From: Giardia intestinalis | Taxonomy: Eukaryota | Strand: one strand, 5' to 3' | Length of the DNA stretch: 64,000 nucleotides | NCBI GenBank assembly: GCA_000002435.2 | Contig: CM018793.1 | Shown: in pieces, positions 49,086 through 57,055 of the stretch | Numbering within the stretch: position 1 is the first letter of the stretch | Layout of the letters: every line of letters begins with the position of its first letter | The notes under the pieces: generated by a model | What the model was told of the DNA's origin: nothing | Database searches by the model: none | Seen by the model: only the letters and a program-made list of their open reading frames with translations | Translations under genes and position numbers: made by a program

Positions 49086-50933
49086 TTAACGCCACCTTCG
49101 TTTTGTACGTCCAGAAAGGCTAAACTTCGGGCCACCAAGCGTTGAGGGTAGTTTGTACAACCCGGGACCAGGACCCTCTCCTTGTACGGCAGAACTCGTT
49201 CTCCCCTTCAATGAAAATGCAGGCGCTGTCTTAGATAGATTTGGATCATATGCACCGGGGCCTGGGTTAGAGTTAATTCCAGACAGTTTGTGTCTACTAG
49301 ACATACTCATTGCAGGAGCGTCAGATCCAGTAGTTTTATATTGCTCGGCGTTGTAGGCCCCAGGTCCAGGATTAGTGTTTGGTCGGGCCTGGTTAGTACG
49401 TCCTGCAAGTGAATATGCCGGCATTTTGCGCTTCACTTGATCCGTAGTAGGTGTGTATGCACCAGGGCCAGGATTGTTTGATTTATTAAGTTGGCTGTGA
49501 CGCCCTGATAGGGAAAAGGACGGAGCAGACGTTTTGGTTGCCTTGGATGCTGGTGTATATGCGCCTGGTCCTGGATTCGTGTTGGGTCGATTATCCATGT
49601 GTCTACTTGCAAGAGAGAAGGCAGGAGCAGATCCTTTAGTCAGGGCGTAGGAGTCAGTTGCATATGCAGCCGGACCAGGAGTATCCTCGGGTTTGTGTAG
49701 AGGAGTTCGTCCTGCTAGCGATGATGCTGGTCCGCCTAATGTTGACTGCATAGCATATGCGCCAGGACCTGGGTTAGTATTTTGAGACTCTTGGGTTGTT
49801 CTTGACTTAAGAGAAAATGAAGGAGGCTTCGGCATAATAGGATCAAGAGCAGTTTCATATGCACCGGGACCAGGATTAGTGTTCTTCACATTGTCAGCAT
49901 GTCTACTAGCAAGAGAAGAAGCAGGGGCGTCGGATCCGGTTGTCTTATACTGTTCTGCATTATATGCACCTGGGCCTGGATTCGTATTTCTTGAATTCAG
50001 TACAGGTCTACTAGATAAAGAAAAGGCTGGGGCGGCTCGTCTTATTGGACTTTCATTCTGATCATACGTGCCTGGCCCCGGATTTGAGTTTCTAGAGTTA
50101 ATATCGCTTCGGCCCGAGAGGCTGAAGGCGGGCGCGCTGTCCTTGACAACGCCGTAGTTACCGTGATCGTACGCTCCAGGGCCGGGGTTTGTGTTGACCT
50201 CATTCGGGTTGTGCCGGGAGGCAAGGGAGTAGGACGGAGCAGCGCTCTTTATGGGGTTGACGTCTTGCTCATAGTCGCCGGGGCCAGGAGTCTGGTCCGG
50301 CTTTGCGGTTACGGTGCGGCCTGCAAGGGATGCCGCAGGCCCTCCGAGCGTGGATCCCACATCGTATGCGCCCGGGCCGGGGTTTGTATTCTTCGCCTCC
50401 ATCTCTGTGCGACTGGCCATGGAGTACGCCGGGGCCTTCTGGCGGATGGCGTCCTCGCCCTGCTCATACGCGCCCGGGCCCGGGTTGGTGTTCTTTGTGT
50501 TGTCTGCGTGTCTGCCTGCAAGAGAGGCCGCCGGCGCATCAGACCCGGTCGTCCCGTACTGCTCTGCGTTGTATGCACCCGGGCCCGGGGTGTCCTCGGG
50601 GCGGTGCGCCGCTGTCCGGCCTGCAAGGGTGTAGGCGGGAGCCTTCCTGCGGACGGCATCTTCGCCCTGGTCATAGGCCCCGGGGCCTGGATTCGTGTTC
50701 TTTGCGTCGATCCCTGTCCGGCCCGAGAGGCTGAAAGCTGGGCCCTTTAGCGTGCCTTCAGGAGTTGCGTATGCGCCAGGTCCAGGACCGGTCATGTCTA
50801 GATGTTCTGGATGCCGCCCCTTAAGAGTAAACGCAGGTGCATCACCTATTGTTGAGCCAATTGTGTAGCCAGCAGGTCCTGGCCCGTCTGTCGTGTAATC
50901 GACGTAGCCGTCGAAGTCGTCTTCCACGGGCAT
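49086..50933 (-). CDS. SHIPPO-repeat (PG-rich) protein, 615 aa, ~20 repeat units
   Basis: Repeating ~30-aa unit NTNPGPGAY(x)...APA[FS]SL[AS][GS]R throughout. ATG at 50933 confirmed. The DNA is GC3-rich and internally repetitive. Confidence 0.85.
   Translation of the reverse strand: MPVEDDFDGYVDYTTDGPGPAGYTIGSTIGDAPAFTLKGRHPEHLDMTGPGPGAYATPEGTLKGPAFSLSGRTGIDAKNTNPGPGAYDQGEDAVRRKAPAYTLAGRTAAHRPEDTPGPGAYNAEQYGTTGSDAPAASLAGRHADNTKNTNPGPGAYEQGEDAIRQKAPAYSMASRTEMEAKNTNPGPGAYDVGSTLGGPAASLAGRTVTAKPDQTPGPGDYEQDVNPIKSAAPSYSLASRHNPNEVNTNPGPGAYDHGNYGVVKDSAPAFSLSGRSDINSRNSNPGPGTYDQNESPIRRAAPAFSLSSRPVLNSRNTNPGPGAYNAEQYKTTGSDAPASSLASRHADNVKNTNPGPGAYETALDPIMPKPPSFSLKSRTTQESQNTNPGPGAYAMQSTLGGPASSLAGRTPLHKPEDTPGPAAYATDSYALTKGSAPAFSLASRHMDNRPNTNPGPGAYTPASKATKTSAPSFSLSGRHSQLNKSNNPGPGAYTPTTDQVKRKMPAYSLAGRTNQARPNTNPGPGAYNAEQYKTTGSDAPAMSMSSRHKLSGINSNPGPGAYDPNLSKTAPAFSLKGRTSSAVQGEGPGPGLYKLPSTLGGPKFSLSGRTKRRWR
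49150..50900. repeat. degenerate ~90-nt coding tandem repeats (SHIPPO units), GC-rich
   Basis: Recurring ...gcaccgggaccaggattagtgtt..., ...gcgcccgggccggggtttgtattc..., ...gcacccgggcccggggtgtcctc.... These generate long spurious ORFs in other frames and on the plus strand. Confidence 0.6.
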
Positions 50934-51034
50934 AAGCGGAAATTACAGAGTTCCTTGCGCAAAATTCAATTATATAATTATACTGAAATGTATAATTATA
51001 CTTCTCTATAATATTATGCGATGCACATTTTGCG
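50934..51034. promoter_or_regulatory. AT-rich divergent promoter region containing a duplicated TATAATTATACT motif
   Basis: caattatataattatactgaaatgtataattatacttctctataatattatg lies between the SHIPPO gene start (50933, minus) and the ATG at 51035 (plus). Confidence 0.4.
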
Positions 51035-52063
51035 ATGAGTGCTAGCCTAGGCCGAAGCTGGGCTTCTATGCAAGCGTTGAAGCGTCAGGAAGAAGCTCTG
51101 ACTGCAGAGGTTCTTCACAAGCGGGCAAAGCTCCGCGCACTGCGAACGCTCCTACCGAAGGCAGAGGCCCGTACGGGTCTTTCTAAAGAGTTCGTTAGTA
51201 ATTATTTGAAAAATGCATGCTCCATTGCTGACAAAGATGCAAACTCACACAAGCGCATAGCATTTGTTCAAAGTATTTACACTATTGGGCCAATCGGTTA
51301 CATTGAAAGTGCTCACATGTTTTCGTTCACGGCAGCAAAGAGGTCGCTAGCGGAAAATACATCGCAAACATTGCATTTCTTCCCTCCTTATCTACCATCA
51401 ATTATTTCACGTTTGTCCTCCACACCCATGGGGTATGTGCGTATTCTGTACTGCTTTTCGAAGAATTATACATTTAGGCCTAAAGTACCAGCCCCTGGAT
51501 CAGTATCTGTCGGCCTTTTTTCAACAAGATCCCCATCACGGCCAAATCAAATTGCAATGTCCTATGCTTATATTTCTGGGTCTATAAACCCTGAGGGTTT
51601 GCTACCAGTAGTAGGGCTAGATGCACTCCATCAATCTCCAATACTTAGTGTTGAGTTTTTTCCCAGCCAAGTATGTCAGCCCACAATTTCTCTCATAGAT
51701 GTTCAACTTTCAAGGTCAAATAGTCATGATAGCGATAGATGGTTTTCAGAAAAGACGTTTAAAACGCAAGAAATCAGATTGCAAATCCAGGATGATGCTC
51801 TACATGTATTTAATCGCATAGTATCCAGCACCCCTGGATACAAGCACTTACAGCCGGAATCCTTCATACGAAGCAAGCTCTGCGCAGGAACTAAAAACTC
51901 TCGATGGATGCCTAAGAAGGGGACCATAGGTTTTGGAAAGTACCGAATAGCATACTCTGTTGACTTCTCCACAGACAAGGCTCATGGTTCTCCAATACAG
52001 AATGTAACAGTTACACATATTTATGAGTTCTCAAATACTCAGAATGCTATACGTAAAGCTTAA
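51035..52063 (+). CDS. hypothetical protein (342 aa)
   Basis: ATG at 51035. The upstream 100 bp is AT-rich with a duplicated TATAATTATACT motif. No domain recognised. Confidence 0.6.
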   Translation: MSASLGRSWASMQALKRQEEALTAEVLHKRAKLRALRTLLPKAEARTGLSKEFVSNYLKNACSIADKDANSHKRIAFVQSIYTIGPIGYIESAHMFSFTAAKRSLAENTSQTLHFFPPYLPSIISRLSSTPMGYVRILYCFSKNYTFRPKVPAPGSVSVGLFSTRSPSRPNQIAMSYAYISGSINPEGLLPVVGLDALHQSPILSVEFFPSQVCQPTISLIDVQLSRSNSHDSDRWFSEKTFKTQEIRLQIQDDALHVFNRIVSSTPGYKHLQPESFIRSKLCAGTKNSRWMPKKGTIGFGKYRIAYSVDFSTDKAHGSPIQNVTVTHIYEFSNTQNAIRKA

Positions 52064-52213
52064 GCTGATGACTGGAACATCAGCAACTGGATAATACAGA
52101 CTGGAAGCAGGGTTGCGGCACTTCGTGTACTTCTTCGAGTTGAGGAGCTTGCGGATCTCGCCCAGGCACTTCTCGAGGGACTTGTTCAGCTGTTCCTCCG
52201 AGATCTCCGCCCC

Positions 52214-52768
52214 CTAGTCGATCCCCGAGCAGGAGAGGGAGTAGAACGCCTCGAAGAACGAGCGGAAGATGGCCATGTTGTGGCTCTTGACCTCGGCCTG
52301 CTGCGACTTCTTGGCCATCTCGGTGTAGGTGGCCGCGACCCTCTGCCGGAGCTGCTCCAGCATCGCCGCGTCCATCGTCTCGATGGTCTTCAGCCGGAGG
52401 ACCTTGGCCGCCTCGAACTGCTTCGCCCTGGAGGCGTGGTTGAGGGCGGAGAGCTTGCCGGCGTCCCGCAGCCTCCCCTCCTTCTCGAAAAGGGCCTGGA
52501 TCAGCTCGAGGTTCCCCCTCTTTGCCGCCGCGATCAGCGCGAAGGACCCGTCGTTCGAGACCAGGCCCGCCTCTGCGTCGACCAGCTCCAGGGCGACGGC
52601 GGTGTGCCCGGCTTCGGCGGCCCACATGAGCGCCGTCTTCCCGTCTGCGTCCCTCTGGCCTGCGTCCGCGGCCTTGTGGGCCCTGACGTAGTCCAGCCTG
52701 TTCTCCTTGGCCGCCTCAATAAATGCCATTCTTTGCTCCCCGTGCGATCGCGGCTCTTCATAAGACAT
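52214..52768 (-). CDS. ankyrin-repeat protein ('protein 21.1'-like); ORF ends at an in-frame TAG followed by ~60 more GC3-rich codons (see findings)
   Basis: GKTALMWAAEAGHTAVALELV and GSFALIAAAKRGNLELIQALF ankyrin units, then a coiled-coil-like tail. ATG at 52768. Could be a pseudogene, a sequencing error or a longer product (52031-52768). Confidence 0.75.
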   Translation of the reverse strand: MSYEEPRSHGEQRMAFIEAAKENRLDYVRAHKAADAGQRDADGKTALMWAAEAGHTAVALELVDAEAGLVSNDGSFALIAAAKRGNLELIQALFEKEGRLRDAGKLSALNHASRAKQFEAAKVLRLKTIETMDAAMLEQLRQRVAATYTEMAKKSQQAEVKSHNMAIFRSFFEAFYSLSCSGID

Positions 52769-52888
52769 ATTGATAGAAAACTTGGAGGCGTTGTTTCATG
52801 GCACTTTGGCACGGCCAGAAGCATGGGGCGCTGGTCCGTAGGGCCTGTTCTCCAGGGCCTTCTGCTTCTCGTGAAGGGAACGACGGGT

Positions 52889-54982
52889 TTACTCGTGAGA
52901 TCGTGGAGCAGCTTGGTGATCGTTGCAGTCGTCGGCGCCCGGTGTACGGCTGTTCCTAAGGAAGGATGCTATCTCAGAGTAGCCATCATTCTCAAGCTCA
53001 CCAAAGAAGGATTCGTCAGACTTGTCTATTAGATGCCCCTCCTTTTCAAATAGCAGCTTCACTACCTCTAAGTGGCCATTTACCGCCCCACATTCAAGGG
53101 CAGTCATCTCCTCCATATTCTTTACACCCCCCTCCAGATCTACTAACAATTTTACTATTTCTACGTTTCCCGCAGAAGCCGCGTTCATAAGTGCAGTCGT
53201 TTCTGATCCGTCTCTCATACCCCCCTCCAGACCTACTAACAATTTTACTATTTCTACGTTTCCCACAGAAGCTGCAATCATAAGTGCAGTTACACCGAAT
53301 ATGTCTTGTGCACCACCGTCATATTTAATTACCAACTTTGCTGTCTCTATGCAACCGCGTATAGCCGCTCGCATAAGCCTTGTTCTGCCGAGTTTGTCGG
53401 TTGACTCAAGAATATTCGCAACAATTTCGTGCCTCGCCTCCCCCGCAATCATCAGAGCCGTGTTGCCTTCGCTGTCGATTAAGTCCCTCTCATATGGGAC
53501 TAGAACAGAGGCAGCTTCTGCATGACCCTCCTCTGCAATGATCATCAGAGCAGTGCGATTGTTGTTATTTCTTCTCCCATGTTCGTAAGGGGCGAGAATT
53601 TCAACTATCTCGGAGTGGTTGCAATGTGCGGCGTGCATGAGTGCAGTCCAGCCATTGTTGTCCTTGAGACCCTTCTCCTTCTCAACAAGCAGCTTGACAG
53701 GACCAATGTGCCCCTGCTGGGCCGCGTGCATGAGGGCCGTCATCTTCTGCTCGTCGCGCTGGCCGATACAATCTTCATCGTTGGCCAGGATCCGGATGGT
53801 CTCCATGTCATTCGTGTGTGCAGCGTATATCAGTTGAGGCAGCGTGGAGAGGTTGGTCTGGGAGTCAGCCCTGTTCATCTCACTACTAAATTTTGTGAAT
53901 CTATTCTCCAGTGCCTTAATCATGGCTAAATGTTTCTTGCATTGATATTCAAGCACGTCGATCCTGGCGGTCTTAAGTCGGGGCCCCTGTCCTAGGGCGT
54001 CGGCTCCACTTAACCTGTTCTCGAGGGCTGCCTCAAGAGCAGTGATCCTGGCATTAGTACTGTTCAAAGCAGTCTCCAAGGCGCTGCATTTGTCTTCTAG
54101 TGCCATATACCAATGCCCCAGCTCACCAACTGGGATGTCAGCCGCAGTGAGCGTCTCGTGCAGCTCCCTGGCTGTCAGTCTTTCCTTTGGCTCCAGCACG
54201 AATATCCTCTCCAGAACATTCTTTATGAAGCCATCAGCGACACCGCTCAGGTCCGGTGTCCACTCGTCAACGAAGACCTCTGCCGGCTCCTTGCCCCCCA
54301 AGAAGTTCGGTCTCCTCAAAGTTACTAGTTCATAAATGATGACCCCGAGGCTCCACACGTCGGAGGCGGGGCTGGTATCGTTGCGGAGGAGCACCTCGGG
54401 GGCCACGTATGCCATTATTCCTATGAGAGTGCTCCCGCTCCACAGGGCGTCCTTGCAGAGGCCGAAGTCGGCGATGACGAAGCGCTCTCCGTCTGCGCTG
54501 ATAAGGACATTGGCAGGCCTGAGATCACAGTGGACGAGGCCTCTAGTGTTTGCTCCATTGACGCTGTGGAGGTAGGCGAGGGCGGCAGCGACCTGCCTCA
54601 GGACGGAGAGAATCATAGCGATAGGGACGGGGATCTTCCTTCGTTTGTGCTCGGCGAGGAGGTGCTCAAGGGTCTTGTTATACCGGTCCGTGACGACGTA
54701 GATGAGGCCCTTGTACTCGATCACCTGATAGTGCTTGAGAACTCCTATGTAGGAGAGGGTAAGGAGGACGGTCAATTTGGCTTTTGCGGCGTCTACACTG
54801 TCCTTGTCCAAGCCACTGAGCTGGATGACTTTTACAGCGAGACTCGGATAGTCCTTGAGAGAGTAGACTGTTCCCGCGGCACTTTCACTAAGCACATCAT
54901 CCAGCCCCTCGTAGAGCTCCCTGGGGGTGAACTGCGGGGCACTGAGAGCTGTTGTTGCAGGCTCAGACGAGGCAGCGTGCAT
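52889..54982 (-). CDS. NEK-like protein kinase with coiled-coil and C-terminal ankyrin repeats (697 aa)
   Basis: Kinase motifs look intact (LAVKVIQ, LVHCDLRPANVLI, ADFGLCK, MAYVAPEVL, SDVWSLGVIIYELV). Middle heptad region. At least 8 ankyrin units at the C-terminus. ATG at 54982 preceded by gattaccaaaataataaaaccagg. Confidence 0.85.
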   Translation of the reverse strand: MHAASSEPATTALSAPQFTPRELYEGLDDVLSESAAGTVYSLKDYPSLAVKVIQLSGLDKDSVDAAKAKLTVLLTLSYIGVLKHYQVIEYKGLIYVVTDRYNKTLEHLLAEHKRRKIPVPIAMILSVLRQVAAALAYLHSVNGANTRGLVHCDLRPANVLISADGERFVIADFGLCKDALWSGSTLIGIMAYVAPEVLLRNDTSPASDVWSLGVIIYELVTLRRPNFLGGKEPAEVFVDEWTPDLSGVADGFIKNVLERIFVLEPKERLTARELHETLTAADIPVGELGHWYMALEDKCSALETALNSTNARITALEAALENRLSGADALGQGPRLKTARIDVLEYQCKKHLAMIKALENRFTKFSSEMNRADSQTNLSTLPQLIYAAHTNDMETIRILANDEDCIGQRDEQKMTALMHAAQQGHIGPVKLLVEKEKGLKDNNGWTALMHAAHCNHSEIVEILAPYEHGRRNNNNRTALMIIAEEGHAEAASVLVPYERDLIDSEGNTALMIAGEARHEIVANILESTDKLGRTRLMRAAIRGCIETAKLVIKYDGGAQDIFGVTALMIAASVGNVEIVKLLVGLEGGMRDGSETTALMNAASAGNVEIVKLLVDLEGGVKNMEEMTALECGAVNGHLEVVKLLFEKEGHLIDKSDESFFGELENDGYSEIASFLRNSRTPGADDCNDHQAAPRSHE
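53127..53324. repeat. near-identical 99-nt tandem duplication (one ankyrin repeat unit) inside the NEK/ankyrin gene
   Basis: cccctccagatctactaacaattttactatttctacgtttcccgcagaagccgcgttcataagtgcagt... is followed 99 nt later by cccctccagacctactaacaattttactatttctacgtttcccacagaagctgcaatcataagtgcagt.... About 70 nt match with 3-4 mismatches, then the copies diverge. This encodes the repeated ...NVEIVKLLV[GD]LEGG... protein units. Confidence 0.7.
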
Positions 54983-55286
54983 CCTGGTTTTATTATTTTG
55001 GTAATCTGCCGTTTTGGAAACGGGCCGTTTTACATGGGTTCATATCTATAGGTCTACAGCAGTCCCGTGCCTGTATGGGCTTCTGTATCAGGGGCAAGAA
55101 GACCATCTGTGCAACCGTTTCACCCACCCCTGGCGCTCCAGTGCTGGCCGGGGGCGGAAGGACTGCTCCCCTGACCTCTGCGGAAACGGGCAGCTGTGTG
55201 ACCCACTGACGGCCACCACTTCATTAGTGTGTCTGTTCGCTGCATAGCTGGAGAGGCCCTAGTACACTATCGAATGCAATCAACAG

Positions 55287-55952
55287 TTAAGCGCGTTCAC
55301 TCACAAGTTTCCTGGGCGGCATCTGTAAGTATGGATCTACAATACCCTCACTCTCGAGAAAAGATGCTACCTCGGAGTGATTCCATCTATTGGCCGTACG
55401 GATGGCATGTACGCCACCTATGTCCCTCTCCTTCTCCAGTAGCAACTTGACACAGTCCAGATGATCATGCCCTGCTGCAAGCACGAGGGCAGTAAAACCT
55501 CTGCCTTTCTGCATGCCTCCCTCAGCATCCAGGAGCAGTCTCACGACCTCGGTGCGGCCAACAAGTGCCGCCCACATGAGGGCCGTATGCTCATTGCTGC
55601 TCCTCATGCCGCCCTCGCACCTCATCAGCAGCTTTACTACTTTGGTGTGTCCGAGCACCGCAGCGACCATCAGGGCCGTCCCCCCACTTATGTCTTTCCT
55701 CCCTGCCTTGACAAGCTTTGCCACCATCCTTGCCTGATAAGGGATGTAGCGCTTCACCGCTTTCACGTCGTTCCTGCTGGCTGCCTTCATAAGTGTGGTG
55801 ACGCCGTCCTCGTCCACACTGCCTTCATCATCCATTTCTGAAGACTCAGTTGGGTTTCCTGCGCCCTCTTCGCTCGTGTCCTTCTCGGGCGCGAGGGGCG
55901 GGGCGCAGTCGTGCTCCTGAAGGAACTGACTTGAATCATCCGCAGACGACAT
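55287..55952 (-). CDS. ankyrin-repeat protein (~221 aa) with acidic N-terminus
   Basis: Four ankyrin units (GVTTLMKAAS..., GGTALMVAAVLGHTKVVKLLM, EHTALMWAALVGRTEVVRLLL, GFTALVLAAGHDHLDCVKLLL). The track ORF starts at 56006, but the ATG at 55952 has cctttataatatgtgagataaaa directly upstream. Confidence 0.75.
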   Translation of the reverse strand: MSSADDSSQFLQEHDCAPPLAPEKDTSEEGAGNPTESSEMDDEGSVDEDGVTTLMKAASRNDVKAVKRYIPYQARMVAKLVKAGRKDISGGTALMVAAVLGHTKVVKLLMRCEGGMRSSNEHTALMWAALVGRTEVVRLLLDAEGGMQKGRGFTALVLAAGHDHLDCVKLLLEKERDIGGVHAIRTANRWNHSEVASFLESEGIVDPYLQMPPRKLVSERA

Positions 55953-56211
55953 TTTTATCTCACATATTATAAAGGAAACGCATGTACTGGTAAACTTGCG
56001 ATTCATGGTAATGTTTACAGTTCATCCAGATAGCGCATCATAAGCGGGCTGCACGCCGTGGATTCCTTTTTGCTCTTTCTGTTGGCAGTACCGCTGAGCA
56101 TCCTTCAAAAGAGGATAACCTTAGAAATATGCAAACAAACATTTACATTGAGTAGTCTATTGATATATCTTTTGCTGCTTCACAGTAGCGCGGTTTCCAC
56201 TAAATAATAAA

Positions 56212-56967
56212 ATGGCTGCGCGAAATCTGGATGCAACCAATCAAAAGTTGGACCCACAGGTAGGTAAAAAGGATGATGACATGGGGTTTCCGTATCCAAA
56301 GATGTTCATCTCTATATCAGGGCTGATAGGTGCTGGAAAGACGACCTTGGCAGAAGAGCTCGCCAAGGAGATGGGATTTCCTGTTTACTACGAGCCCGTT
56401 GAAGATAACATCTATTTGGAAGACTTCTACAAAGACATGAAGACGTATGGCTTCCCCATGCAGGTTTACCTACTCAACAAACGTTACCAACAGCACCAGC
56501 AAATCATCTGGAGTGGAGAGGGCGCCGTACAGGATAGATCCATATACGAAGACGCCGTCTTTGCGCGCATTCTTGTGAAGCAGGGGAACATGTCGAAGCG
56601 CGACTATAAGACCTACACCGATCTATACAACAATATGAGCAAGTACTTGACACACCCAAACTTTCTGATTCACTTAGATGTCACACCCGAAGAATCCTTG
56701 GAAAGAATCAAGGAAAGATCACGCAACTGTGAAGCAGGAATACCCCTTTCTTATTTGCAGGACCTCTACGATGAATATAACATTTTCCTTGCCGAGATAT
56801 CCAAAAGAATCCCAGTAATACGCATAAGGTGGGCCAACTATCGCAGCGCAAAGGAGCTGGCCATGCGCGTGTATGCCGAGATGAAGAAACACCAAGCCAT
56901 CGTAGACGTCCCGTTCGACGGAACGATGACAGCTCCCATTCCTCAATCTTCTTCCAATTTCTATTAA
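56212..56967 (+). CDS. deoxynucleoside kinase (dCK/dGK/TK2 family)
   Basis: P-loop ISGLIGAGKTTLAEELA, FPVYYEPVEDN, ...YLLNKRYQQHQQ, lid region and overall length fit the dNK family. ATG at 56212 preceded by ccactaaataataaa. Confidence 0.88.
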   Translation: MAARNLDATNQKLDPQVGKKDDDMGFPYPKMFISISGLIGAGKTTLAEELAKEMGFPVYYEPVEDNIYLEDFYKDMKTYGFPMQVYLLNKRYQQHQQIIWSGEGAVQDRSIYEDAVFARILVKQGNMSKRDYKTYTDLYNNMSKYLTHPNFLIHLDVTPEESLERIKERSRNCEAGIPLSYLQDLYDEYNIFLAEISKRIPVIRIRWANYRSAKELAMRVYAEMKKHQAIVDVPFDGTMTAPIPQSSSNFY

Positions 56968-57055
56968 TTAATTACGGTAATGAGCTTGACAAATTCTAAA
57001 AACGTCTTAAAAATAAATTCTGTTCGATTTCATTTTGACAATTGTTTTTAAGAAT

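Noticed and set aside
50163-50750. Long plus-strand and off-frame ORFs (50163-50750, 50303-50734, 50314-50634, 50309-50674)
   Set aside because: They lie inside the GC-rich SHIPPO repeat gene. Their translations are Arg/Gly/Pro/Cys-rich junk typical of GC-rich antisense or off-frame reading. Only the minus-strand PGPGAY frame is protein-like.
52080-53032. ORFs 52080-52625 (-) and 52280-53032 (+) overlapping the ankyrin gene
   Set aside because: Gly/Arg/Pro-rich translations with no repeat structure. The in-frame ankyrin reading (52214-52768, plus its extension) has clean ankyrin units and GC3 codon bias.
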